From positions 276,892,001 through 276,956,000 of the forward strand of contig OZ024742.1 of NCBI GenBank assembly GCA_964016885.1: a stretch of 64,000 nt of DNA, written 5' to 3'. The translations under genes were made by a program, and so were the position numbers. Shown one piece after another: positions 50,431-62,899 of this stretch. The stretch's first letter is position 1. Each line of letters starts with the position of its first letter. Source of the DNA: Eledone cirrhosa (taxonomy: Eukaryota). The notes under the pieces were generated by a model. It saw nothing but the letters and a program-made list of their open reading frames with translations. It was not told the origin of the DNA and did no database searches.

Positions 50431-52124
50431 AAATTATTAAAATATTCTTATCTTAAATCCCTTCTACATGTAAGTAATCAACATAAACTATAGGGGCTTC
50501 TCTGATTTATTAAAATACAAATTTCCCAGTTTGTATGATTGTTCATATATCCAGTAATCCTGGTATAAATGGCATATCAATCCTGGACTTCAGAAATTAA
50601 ATGCTATTACAATCATTATTAACTAGATTCATATAAATAATAAAAGGAGAATCATGTTTTGGTGTAAACCTCATATGAAATCTGTTAGTTTCCTGTTATT
50701 AATTATAAATTGATAGGATTTACGACTATTTTTCATTTTGGCCTTCCATACTTTTTAATGTTTTTTTCAACCATTGGTAATTGTGCCTAGAACATGTACT
50801 ATAAGATTGTTTATTTATTTTTTTTTTTACAGCAATTAATAAATTATAAAGATAAACTTGTAAAAGATTTAAAAGGAAGTTGGCAATGTGTAGGTGGGTA
50901 TATCTATATTTTAATTAGAAGAATTAAAAAAAAACAAAAAAACAATCAGCTACTAAATATCTTAATCTATGTCTTCTTATTCTGATGAGTAATGGAGCGA
51001 AATTATATTTCAAGAACTTTTAATAACTTATTCGGAATATGATAGTTGTGGATTTAGGTTCTCTTGTCTACCGTGTTGATATTAGGTCATAGGCACTGTT
51101 TTTAGTTCACTGACAATGTTTTTAATTCGCACGGTCAATATACAACGTACCGATTGGGAAGTACTGTCAGTCAGTGAAAAGTATAAAGAAAATAAAAGTT
51201 GAATAGTACTCCCTTTAAAAAGAAAGAAAGTTTTATTTTGAGACTGTTTTAGTGTATGTGTTTGAAAATACAATAATTGTTTCTACTTTAGGCACAAGGC
51301 CAGCAATTATCCAGTGCATTACTGGTACTTTATTTTATCGACCCTGTAAGGATGAAAGGCAAAGTCAACCTCGGCGGGATACAATAATACACTGGTTATA
51401 TATATGAAATCATACATTAAAAAGGAGGTTGTTTACATTTACCTAATCAAGAAAAATAATTGCGTTTTACACCTAACATTCGTATCTACAATCATATCTT
51501 CTTTGTAATCAAACACTGACACTGTCGTAGTTCATAGCCCTCTAGAATTTGAAACTAACTGAGCAAAACAATGTTTATATCCAGAATTGCTTACTGCATA
51601 TCAAGGGACTGCTTAATGCGACGTAATCGCCAATAAATAAAGACAGCAGTTTGTGGTAGTCGTTTCACGACATCTTAGATACTCATCTATTTTCTAATTC
51701 CGGATGAAGGCCAATAAGTACATACACTGTAAAATGCAAATATTAAGCAGACGACAAAATTATTTACATAATTTACACAAAGGCTACTGACAAAACATAT
51801 TTCAAACACGAAACCAATATTTTTTTTATTATGATTTTATGTTTAGATGTAGGTCTTTCGGAAATATATGCATATATAAATTCATGGTGCACCAAAATGC
51901 ATTTGTTGTTGTTGTTGATAATTTGAGATTCGCTATGAAAAGTAAACAAAGTGGTCACATCACAGGTTTTTATCTCCATGGACATAAAAAAAAAGAATCG
52001 ATCTGATAAGTTCTGTTTTCTTAGACCTTCATCAGAGAAAGAGTGTTCATTTTCTGTTGACAGCATGGCAAAAATTATTTCCAAATTATTCAAAAATGTT
52101 GTGTTGTCCCTTTTCAATTAATCT

Positions 52125-52645
52125 ATGTTGTCAACGCACACACTGCTATGCAAATTAGACTAACCAATTTAGTCGAGTCCTAGTTTGTATAAAGTATAGA
52201 TATACGCAACTAATCTCTGTAGGCAAATGGGCATTCTTTGTCATGAAAGTCTAAGAAAGCTATAAATGAGTCAGATCGATGCTAAAGAGAGATGAAATGT
52301 GATGTAACCACATTGTTTACTTTTCACAGAGGGACTCAAATTATATATTTATTTAAAAAGCTGCAACTTACACAAAGACGCTGTTACGTACTATGAATGA
52401 ATTAATTAATTCATGTTGACAGCGCATGTACTGTTATACAAATTAGACTGAAAAGTTTAATTGAATTCTAATATGTGCCAATTATACATAGCCAACAGTT
52501 ACTAATCTCCCCGTGGACAGAAGATGGGTATTCTTTCTCTGGTAAAGGTTTAAAAAGACTAGAAACTAGTTTGATTAATCTCATTTCTGTCGAGGGATAA
52601 ACCCACTTTGTTTACAGCGAGTCTAAGACTGTTTATTTTTAAAAG
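52125..52645. repeat. Old ~290-bp tandem duplication in the 5' part of WIPI2 intron 1
   Basis: atgttg.ca.cgca...caaattagact...actaatctc...atggg.attcttt...ttgtttac at 52125 and 52413. Confidence 0.7.
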
Positions 52646-53600
52646 AGAGTATATGAAAAAAAAACAAAAAAAAAAAAACATCAAAATATTTCCCTCACAC
52701 TCACAAATATACATACATACATTTATATGTGATGGGGGAGATTTTGATGGTCTTACGCCTCCTCAAAATAGCTGCAGCTGAAATAAACCAAAGTGATTTT
52801 CCTTTCCCCACAAATTGTTGGCCTTGTACCTAAATTAGAAACCATTATCTTTGACGACATATCACATCACCAGTTGTCCTTTATGTAGATGACAACAAAA
52901 ACAACACTTCTTACGTAATGGTCCATCAAAACAACTCCACTGACTACAATGAATATTTAACACAAATTCCTCTAACATGACATCTTTGTCTTTGTTGATA
53001 AAGCATTGTTGCTGTTGTTTTAAAAATCGAAAATTTCCCAGCCTTTGAATATTTCATTCCAAATAAATGTATTTAACAAGAAAGAAGACTAATGTTTTAT
53101 ATGATACAATCCAGTTAGATTCGTACAAATAGTGGCTAAATATGCCTTTCTAGCTTATTATAGATAGCTAATTTCCATAGATCAACTAAAGACTTTAACA
53201 AAAACATTTAACATAAATACACCACTATATATATATATTTATATATACACTGCTATAAACATACATACATATACATATGAGTGTTTACATGAATATGTAT
53301 GTATACTGGAGGTTTTAGTGAGAAAGAAAAAGGACAACAGTATGGATTGATTTAGATTAATGTTTACTGTTATGCTTATACGAAAGGACGTAAGCAAAAT
53401 CGATGGATTATAACATTAATGAAATTAACACTGTTGTTATCGTTCTTTGGAACCAAATCTTTTGTCTGCTATTATATTCATTTGTAGATATTATATTTAA
53501 CAAAGAACACGAAAACAACAACAAAACAAAGGTCGGTGGAAAGAGAAAGAAAAACATCTCCAAAGTTAAATGAAAGAAACGTTATTGAAAATGGACTTAC

Positions 53601-53671
53601 GAGCAGTCTTGATTGAAGTTAACAAACAACAAGTCACACAGCTGGTCAGTGCTATGCGTTGCTAAATTCAT
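53601..53671 (-). CDS. WIPI2: WIPI2/Atg18-family (PROPPIN) gene, coding exon 1 (MNLATHSTDQLCDLLFVNFNQDC + TC, phase 2)
   Basis: Minus-strand ATG at 53671. Translation matches the WIPI2 N-terminus pattern MNLA...LLFxNFNQD. The 71-nt exon ends at a GTAAGT donor (acttac at 53595-53600), and its phase fits exon 2. Confidence 0.9.
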
Positions 53672-54210
53672 TAGGCCAGATATACCGTTGGCCACCGTGT
53701 TAACGTAATCCGTGGTGACAGAGAGACGTTGGGAGACACAATAATTTCTAGTACATCATTTTAGCAAGCTTGCTTCCGTTTTAAAACAACACAGCCTCCA
53801 TCGTGAAACATATGTTGTTTTCATATGCTGTATATGTATGTGGTTGTTACAGAAAATAACTTGATGTGTATGTATAGTCGAGTCGTATAATGTAAGAGTC
53901 AACACACATACACACACACATTCACACACACCTAAGAACGGCGAAAGAGTTCCTCTGATTGGTTAATTACCAAAACAACCTATATGTCTAAGCCGTATAA
54001 TAATTGGTTGTTTACATGTGGGCGCGGGACATTTAAAGCCAGAACATCAATGACGAAATACTATTTAGCATAATATAAACTTGTAGAGATATATTTAATT
54101 AGAATCTCAATTGTCATATATGATGCTACAAGTTTATATTATGCTAAATTCATTGGTGTTCCGCCTTTAAATGTCCTGTGCCCACATGTAAATAACCAAT
54201 TATATATATA
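53672..54210 (-). promoter_or_regulatory. Putative WIPI2 5'UTR and proximal promoter
   Basis: CpG-retaining region just upstream of the ATG, with an ETS-like CGGAAG (~53773-53778, minus), CCAAT boxes (attgg at ~53958 and 54003), GC-rich gggcgcggg (54020) and TTGTTTAC (54008). TSS not determinable. Confidence 0.5.
53996..54204. repeat. Imperfect inverted repeat (~80-90-bp arms, ~40-bp spacer) upstream of WIPI2
   Basis: 53996-54086 versus the reverse complement of 54126-54204; the left arm has a 9-nt insertion. Confidence 0.85.
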
Positions 54211-54227
54211 TAGAGAGAATGGAAAAC

Positions 54228-54487
54228 AACCCCCCACGGGTACAAGCCGAAGCTGAAGCATATAGACAGTATGCCCCCACACCCTCCCACTGCACAGTGG
54301 TCGTGGAGGCGCCAAGGCAAAAAAGCACCCAGCACTCACTGTAAATGAGGTTGGTGTTAGGAAGGGCATCCAGCTGTAGAAATCAAGCCAGAATCATTTC
54401 CGGACACTGCCCACAACAGGACAACCCGTCTAACCCATGCTAGCATAGAAGAACGGACGTGAAACAGTGATGATGATGATGATGATA
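54228..54487 (+). mobile_element. 5'-truncated RTE 3'UTR insertion with TSD
   Basis: Matches the 3'UTR at 7976-8290; (TGA)n tail; agagagaatggaaaac on both sides (54212-54227 and 54517-54532). Confidence 0.85.
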
Positions 54488-54839
54488 TATATAGATGATG
54501 ATATATATATAGAGAGAGAGAGAATGGAAAACGAAAAATCAGTGATGCATCGGAACTCAATTTATTGTGTGTTACAATTGTTTCCCTGGCGAACAGCTTG
54601 AGGTGCGATCTGTGTGTGGATCGACCTGACTCTAGACTCGCAGGTTCCTCGGACACGTCTATTGATTTCGGAGCATATCCTCTTTCTGGGGTTTCTGACC
54701 CTACAGGTCTATATTGTCCACCTTCATCCGCTTTGCGCGTCCTTGGGTTGGTCACTGGTTATTATTATTCTGACCACTGGTAGCATCCCGCTGACCGTCA
54801 GAACGTGAGCTGTCACTCACCCACTGTCACACTCCCACT

Positions 54840-55250
54840 TGCACACACACACAGAGATACTGACAGATACATACAGAGTAGCTTGTGTGCTTACGTTCAC
54901 ACATGTACGACCAGAAACATACACACATATCTATGTGTACACACACACATAAATAGACACACAAATATATGCACACAGAGAGCCACACACACACACGTGC
55001 GTGTATATACGCACGCATATACACAGACACACACACATACACGCACCCGTATATATACATGCACACACACATGTACACATTCGTACATATACATACACAT
55101 ACACACACAGATATATATACATACATACACACATATGCACATCTGCACATACATATGCATATATACACACATACACATACATATATATATATATACACAC
55201 CTACCTACACGCCCAGACACACATATACACATACATCTACACACATATAC
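54840..55250. repeat. (CA)/(TA) compound microsatellite
   Basis: Direct observation. Confidence 0.9.
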
Positions 55251-55790
55251 ATCATCATCATCGTTTAACGTTCATCTTCCACGCTAGCATGGGTTAGACG
55301 GGAGTTGTCCCATTTGCGGAAAAGTTGGTCGGGTGACCGTGTCTCGCTCATATAGGACTATCTGGCAGGTTTTCTACGGCTGGATGCCCTTCCTAACACC
55401 AACCACATTTACAGTGTGGAACTGGGAACTTTTTACCGTGTTACCTACACGGCCACATTACAGCGTGGACTGTGTGTTTTTTTGTTGTGACACCTACACG
55501 ATCTCAACATATATATCATCATCATCATCATCATCTTCGTTTAACGTCCATATTCCACGCTCGCATGGGTTTGGACGGGAGTTTTCTCACTTGAGGCAAG
55601 AGTGGTTGTCTTGTTCGCATAGGACTGTCTGGCGGGTTTTCTACGGCTGGATGCCCTTCCTAACACCAACCACATTTACAGTGTGGAACTGGGAGGTTTT
55701 TACCGTACACGGCCACATTCCAGCGTGGACTGTGTGTTTTTTTGTCGTGACACCTACACGACCTCATTTGTTTCGGGCTGGATGTTGTAT
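55250..55790 (-). mobile_element. Two tandem RTE 3'UTR copies
   Basis: Each begins with (CAT)n-cgtttaacgt and carries tggatgcccttcctaacaccaacc. Confidence 0.85.
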
Positions 55791-55811
55791 ATATATATAT
55801 ATATATATATA

Positions 55812-58437
55812 TAGCCAGTAATAAATTTAAAAGCATATTACTTGATGCTTTCGACAGTAAGGAAGAGCAATTAGAGTCGTACAATATAGAGGAACAGTGG
55901 GAATTCCTGAAAGCAAACCTGCTGATGGCGGCAGATGAAGTCTGTGGCTGGAGCAGGCCTATAGGCAGGAGGAGAGTAACGTGGTGGTGGAACAGTAAGG
56001 TGGAGGAGCAAAAAGGCCAAAAAGCAGGCTTGTAAAGTATGGCGGGATGGGGGAAGTAGAGAAGACTATCAAGTGGCCAGGAGGGAAGATAGGAGACAAG
56101 TGTACTTTGCAAGAAGGGAAGCAGAGGAAAGAAAATTGAAGCATGTTCTACAACGCGAGGACCAAAGACGTGAGGTGTTCAGGATTGCTAGGCAATGTGT
56201 CAAGGAAAACCGTGATATTGTCGGGGAGAAGTGTGTCCTTAATGATGATGGTGTACTTGCCATCACTGACGCTGATAAGAAGGTAGCTTGGAAGTGTCAC
56301 TACGAAAGGCTACTAAATGAGGAGAATAAATGGGAGAAAGACAGTCTCCCCCACATCGATCCAATAGAGGGACCAGCAGTGTTAGTCGAAGGTAGTATAA
56401 TAAGTAAGGCAATCAAAGATATGAAGACGGGTAAGGCGGCTGGGCCTTTGGAAATAGTTGCTGAGATGCTGAAAGCTTCTGGAACGGTGGGACACACTAT
56501 GGTCACCCGGATAGTAAACCAAGTCATACAGAATGGGGTTGTTCCGAAGGACTGGCGTAGCAGCATCATCATTAACTGCTACAAGGGTAATGGAGATGCC
56601 CTAGATAGGGGTAACTATAGAGGCATTAAATTAATCGACCAGGTCATGAAGGTCACAGAAAAAGTAATAGCGCAACTAATCAGAGAGAGAATTGATCTAG
56701 ATGAAATGCAGTTCAGGTTTGTGTCAGGTAAAAGTACCACAGACGCTCTTTTCATTGTACGACAACTACAGGAGAAGTACCTAGCTAAAAGTAAACCCCT
56801 ATACTTAGCTTTTGTCAACTTGGAGAAAGCCTTTGACAGAGTCCCCCGTTCCATTATCTGGTGGGCTCTTAGAAAACTAGGTGTTGATGAATGGCTTGTG
56901 AGAGCTATACAAGCCATGTATAAAGAAACAGTCAGCAAGGTTAGAATTAACAACGAATACAGTGAAGAGTTTAGCGTAAAAGTTGGTGTTCATCAGGGCT
57001 CTGTTCTTAGCCCCCTACTATTTATTATTGCCCTTCAGGCTATAACAGTGGAGTTCAAGACCGGCTACCCATGGGAACTCCTATACGCAGATGATCTAAC
57101 GCTCATAGCTGAATCAATGGCTGAACTAGAGAAGAAATTCCAAACATGGAAGCATGGCCTATAATCAAAAGGCCTTAAAATTAACCTGTCTAAGACTAAA
57201 GTTCTAGTTTGTAGGAAGGAAAATAGGGCACCGGTCCCATCCGGGAAATGGCCATGCTCAGTGTGTAGGAAAGGAGTAGGCAGAAACTCCATTTTATGTC
57301 CCAAATGCAAAGTATGGGTGCATAAAAGATGTGGGATCACAGGTAAGCTAACTAAGAATATAGATTTTATATGTGGCCGGTGCTCTGGTGCAATAAGTAG
57401 CAGCAAGTGCCCACAGAATACTCGCTCATTCCATTGCACAGATGGTTCTATAGAAATAGTGGACACCTTCCGTTACTTGGGTGACAAAATCAGCAGTGGT
57501 GGAGGGTGCTCTGAAAGTACAGTAGCTTGAGTCAGAACTGGATGGAAAAAGTTCAGAGAGCTTATACCACTATTAGCCGCTAAAACGTTCTCTCTAAAAA
57601 TGAAAGGCAAGCTGAATGATGCCTACATACGAACAGCAATGTTACATGGCAGTGAGACCTGGGCATTGTGTGCAGAGGATATACGCAGACTGGGGAGGAA
57701 TGAAGCTTGCATGCTCCGCTGGATGTGTAATAGTTATATACGTGAACGGCAAAGCATAAACGAACTAAGGGAAAAATTAGAAATAAGAGGGATCAGATGT
57801 TGTTTACTCGAGAGAAGATTACGTTGGTACGGTCACGTGATGCGCATGAAAGACGACAGCTGTATAAAAAAGTGCAGGGCAATAAAAATAGACGGTAGCC
57901 ACGGAGTAGGCAGACCCATCCGGGAAATGGCCATGCTTGATAAATTCCGACCTCACACACTTACACCTCTCCAAGACAATGTCACTGGACCGAGATCTTT
58001 GGCGCTACACAGTAATACAGAAGACCCGCCTTACCTAAGTACAAAGTGAAACCTACCACAGTCAGTAGGCACCTCTAACAAAAATACACCCCCGTCCCAC
58101 TACCCCCACCCCATCCACACCACCCCTTTCAATGTGAAGTTATGTTGGTACCACAACATCCAGTCCAAAACAAATGAGGTCGTGTAGGTGTTACGACAAA
58201 AAAACACACAGTCCACGCTGTAATGTGGCCGTGTAGGTAACGCGGTAAAAACCTCCCAGTCCACACTGTAAACGTGGTTGGTGTTAGGAAGGGCATCCAG
58301 CTGTAGAAACCCCACCAGACAGTCCTATGCGAGCAAGACAACCACTCTTGCCTCAAGTGGGAAAACTCTCGTCCAAACCCATGCAAGCGTGGAAGATGGA
58401 CGTTAAACGATGATGATGATGATGATGATGATGATGA
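55812..58437 (+). mobile_element. RTE LINE, 5'-truncated, RT with PHD finger, 3'UTR and (TGA)n tail
   Basis: ORFs 56073-57164, 57261-57530 and 57600-58049 with all RT motifs; in-frame stops; same family as 368-2935. Confidence 0.93.
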
Positions 58438-58991
58438 TATATATATACACATACATACCTTCATATATTTTTTCCCCTACATGTGTGCAAAGAATTTATA
58501 TAAATATATATATATATTTATATAAATTCTTTTTCCCCCAAGCCCCTCCACCCTCCCTAGTCCCCACTGTGTTGTGTCGGTGACACAACAAAGGTGCCCT
58601 ATCGACACTGTAAAGAACATCCAGCCCACACTGTAAAGTGATCGTATAGGTGCCACAACAAATGGTACCCAGCACACTCTGTAAATGTGGTTGGCGTTAG
58701 GAAGGGCATCCAGCCGTAGAAAACCAGTCCCGAAACACCCAGCCCACACTGTAAAGTGATCGAATAGGTGTCACGGCAAAAAGCACCCAGCACACACTGT
58801 CAATGTGGTTGGCGTTAGGAAGGGAATCCAGCCATAGAAAACCAGCCAGAAACTCTCCTATATGCGCGAGATGCGGTCACTCAACCCAACTTGCCTCTAA
58901 CTGGGACAAACCCGTCTAACCCATGCTAGTGGGGAAAATAGATGTTAATCGATGATGATGAAATATATATAAGTAGTTATATATAACTAGC

Positions 58992-59032
58992 TCGAGCTGA
59001 TGATCCAAATAAGGTGAAACAATTGTTCTCGG
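58992..59032 (+). ncRNA. Minimal type-I hammerhead ribozyme motif in a ~165-bp TA-flanked unit (58971-59135)
   Basis: Stem I (U)CGAG/CUCG(G); CUGAUGA; stem II CC/GG; GAAA; stem III AC-AAUU-GU with palindromic loop; GUU cleavage triplet. Confidence 0.7.
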
Positions 59033-59166
59033 TAATGGTGAACTAACTGTTGTAGAACTACTTCTACCAAACTCGTCCCATGGACTGAGTGATCTACTAC
59101 TACGAATATACCCCACCAGTGTTCTACTATTATATATATATATATATGTGTATATATATACATATA

Positions 59167-59550
59167 TATGCGAGCGAGACCTGGAAAAGTACGGCAAAAA
59201 TAGAGAGACGGCTGAATGCTTTCCACCAGCGGTGCCTGCGAAAGATCCTTCGTGTGTCCTGGCGTGACCGAGTGCGAAACGAGGAGATCCAGCGGAGAGC
59301 CGAGTCGTGGATGGTACAGAGAGTGGTCACAGGAGTGTCGGTGCCGTCTGGCTGGCCATATTCTGCGTCTGCCAAATGAACGGCATTCGAAAACAGCGAT
59401 GAACTGGCGGTAAACAGAGGTGGGGTTGTCCAAGGATCACCTGGTGACGAACGTTTCCGGAAGGACCTGATGGCAGCCAACATCACCTGGGCCGGTCTCG
59501 AAAAAGTTGCCGCTGATCGTGACCGTTGGCGAGTACTTACTGCTTGATGC
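59167..59550 (+). mobile_element. RTE-clade LINE 3' fragment, another family
   Basis: YASETWK..RLNAFHQRCLRKILRVSWRDRVRNEE..LAGHILRLP. Confidence 0.8.
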
Positions 59551-60289
59551 ACCGATCCAAGCAGTTGCAGAGTTCATACTGACTGGCCAAGATGTAGTGG
59601 TTGACTGTCTCACATACTGATCCCTTTGCATATCTCTCTCTCTCTCTTTCTCTTGGTCTCTCTCTCAGCCAGGCCATCAAAATTCATCCCATCAACAGAA
59701 GTTTGGTTGATACATTTTTGATAAAACCTTTGCAAGCAAATATTCATACATATCATACCTGATACATAACATCACACAATTCAACTGTGTTTATTGTCAT
59801 GATAACTTTAATGAAAGTTATATTTAATAAATTACTAACATAGCGGCTTTGTGTTATTGTGGTTTATATATTTCATTTCCTATGTGATCACAGTAAATCC
59901 CTTACCCAAGGATTCATCACATCATCATCGTCATAATGAACACTGTTACTCACTTACTTGCACACCCGCAATCTCTGGTCACACTGTATCAAGCAATTTG
60001 GTCTTCCTTCATCTACACTCTACACAACTGTGACCACGCCACTAAGCAATCCGCAAGTGAGTACACACACAACAACTGCATCAACACCACAACACCACCA
60101 TCTCATCCAATCATCAGACTTGCTATAATTGATAATAAATATCGCTATATATATATATCTGTGTGTGCGTATATACACATACATGCACACCCATATATAT
60201 ATGTAAATATATATATACACACAAACAATTTTATTTTATCAAGAAAACAGAAAAAAATGGGAGAAGACATGCACATTCAATTACATGCT

Positions 60290-61295
60290 ACATGGACCCA
60301 TTGAACAGCTTTGAGCTCTGACAATGCAACCTTTGTGTTTCACATTGAAGAAATGGTCTAACGCCATTCTTGCTGCTAGCATGTCAGTTGCAATGCCACT
60401 ACAAATAACCTTGTCTAATTTAGCTACCAGCTCCTCTTCCTTCCTAGTTTTCTCTAACGCTACTTCTTTGCGAAAGCCTATCAACATTACTCTAATCTCT
60501 CTTTGAGCCCACCCCCACCATCACATGTTGTTGATGACCCCCCACCCCCACTCGGTAAACTTTTGCTTAACTAAATTGTTGACCCGGTTCCTGTAAGAAT
60601 TATGTGCCAGAAACAACATGTTCAGCTTCCAGTAACCAGGTCCTAGCCTGTGTATTTTATCTAGATTGGCCATGCAGATCACAAACCTGTGATCTGAATA
60701 GGCGACTGTTTGAAAATGTGAACAACCTATTAAATAAAAAAACCTATCTATATATGATCTAGATGACCCAGGTCCACACTGGCGCATTAGGGAAATCTAT
60801 CTAGTCAGTACCTGTCAGACAGTTGGAACTGGCTGATCAGGTACTTGAGGTTTTTGCACCCCTGCTCCTATAAGCTATTCCCACACAATTAAAGCATGCA
60901 TCTAAGATGCCGTTCCAGTCCCCCGTTAACACTAAAGAGTGGGATGTTCCCAGAAAGGCTTCCAGGCACCTAAAGAAATCCAGCCGTCCTGCCCCGGTTG
61001 GGGTGTAGCGGCCACCAGTCTAAAGGCACCACCTTCGCTATTGTTCAAGCCCAGGACCACCAACTTACCGTCCAGATCCTTGAAGATCGACCTTACCTCA
61101 AGATCCAGGCCTTTCCTAAACAGCACTGCCACCCTATCTCCCATACTGACTAAGATATGCAAAGATCTGATAGTCATTGGAAATGGGGGTTAGTGCGTGC
61201 GTGTGTCGGAAATCTTGGTCTTGCTGACAGCAATCCATATCTAGTGACTTGAGGTCATTCGACAGGCGATTCTGCTTCCAGGATGACTCCAAGCC
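60290..61295 (-). mobile_element. L1/Tx1-like LINE APE endonuclease fragment
   Basis: VAVLFRK, GDWN-like, SYIDRF, SDH and GPGYWKLN motifs; decayed. Confidence 0.7.
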
Positions 61296-62574
61296 ATGAA
61301 CATTGAAACTTCCTACCTCAGCAGAATTGGAACTCAGAACTTAAAGGGACATAACTCTATGCTGCAAAGCATCTTGTCCAACACTCTACCAATGCTATCA
61401 AGCCACAACCCTTATAATAATAATTGTTTCTACGTTAGGCACAAGGCCAGCAATTATTACTGGTACTTTATTTTATCGACCCTGTAAGGATGAAAGGCAA
61501 AGTTAACCTCAGCGGGATTTGAACTCAGAATGGCAAGGGCCGTAACTCTATGCGTCAAAGCATGGTATCCGACCCTCTACCAATACTGCCAATCCACCGC
61601 CACTTATAATAAACCCTTATAATAATAATGGTTTCTGATTTAGGCACAAGGCCAACAATTTCACAGGAGGGGAAAGTCAATTAAATCAACCCCAGTGCAT
61701 TACTGGTACTTTATTTTATTGACTCCATAAGGATGAAAGGCAAAGCTAACCTCGGCAGGATTTGAAATCAGAACGTAAAAGGGCATAACTCTCTGCTGCA
61801 AAGCATAGTGTCTGACATTTTACCAGTTCTGCCAATTCACATGATAATAATAATGTGCACGTGGTGGATTTATTATTGTTGTGGATGCGCTCCCATAAGT
61901 TTGTTGCTTTTTACATGTTTAAGACACTTGTTTTGATATAATTTTTGTTTCAAGGGAGACATAAGTCATCAACCTGTCCTCTTAGAAGTGAGACACCATA
62001 ATATTTGGGTCCTCTTCTTCTTCTTCTTCTTCTTCTTCTTCGTCTTCTTCTTCACCCACTTAATCCTGAGAGGATCTTGGGGGAAGAGTCCTCAAACACT
62101 CCTTCCAGTGGGTCCTGTCAGAAGTAACCATCTCCAATTGATCCAGCTGGATCCCCAAGCGTGACCAGCCAAGCTCATGGATGTTATCCAACCATCTTGC
62201 TCGGGGTCTACTCCTGGGTCTCCTGCCAGCTGGTTTTCCTTGTAAAATCTCTCCAGCAATTCTTTCCTAAGACATTCTAACCACATGCCCATAGTATCAG
62301 AGCTGTGATCTCTCAATTAATTTTATATTTTAAATTTGCACCCCTCCTCATAAAAATATTTTACAAATGAAGGCAAACACACCCTCTGCATCCACTGACC
62401 AAAACAGCCAAATTAATGACAGCAGCAACAACAGTAACATCAACATATACACAGCACAGGAAACATGTAAACAAGAACAATAAGAATAATGCTGCAGAGT
62501 ATAGAGTACTGGGTTGGTGTCCGGCACAGAATAGCTCACCTCAATTTTAAGATCTGAGGGCTCCTTTGAGTTGC

Positions 62575-62785
62575 TTAACCCTTTAGCATTTACATTACTC
62601 TATATATATTTATTTTCATGGTAAAGGCTTTATCTCACATAATATCGAATCTATGAGATTTTGATATTATTTATTTTGAGAACAATACCTTAACATCAGT
62701 ATGAGTGGCCAGTAACAGCTGGTTTCAACAGTAGAGGTGAGAGAATTCTGACCGGATATGGTTGGTTTAAATGCTAAAGGTTTAA
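62575..62785. mobile_element. MITE family A
   Basis: ttaaccctttagcatttac ... taaatgctaaaggtttaa. Confidence 0.85.
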
Positions 62786-62899
62786 AACACCTTCTAGAAA
62801 TGATGTCTAAAAAAAAAAAATACTGGTGGTTGTGGCACCTCATCAACACTAACCTCATTTTGAGTGAAATGGAAAAACAATTGCATAGAAATAATGGCA

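Larger units (their letters stand above)
19559..53600 (-). other. WIPI2: WIPI2 intron 1 (~34 kb, GT-AG)
   Basis: Bounded by the exon 1 donor and the exon 2 acceptor; filled with TEs. An intervening alternative exon cannot be excluded. Confidence 0.75.

Noticed and set aside
50974-51016. CTGATGAG...CGAAA hammerhead-like core
   Set aside because: Stem II has only 2 bp and stem I does not pair adjacent to the core; at best a decayed relic.
54139-54153. Second ATGAATTTAGCA (MNLA) identical to the WIPI2 start
   Set aside because: Followed immediately by TAA, with only ~13 nt identity, inside the inverted repeat; likely chance.
858-57466. Numerous ORFs antisense to RTE and Gypsy coding regions
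   Set aside because: Shadow ORFs of TE reading frames with no independent evidence.
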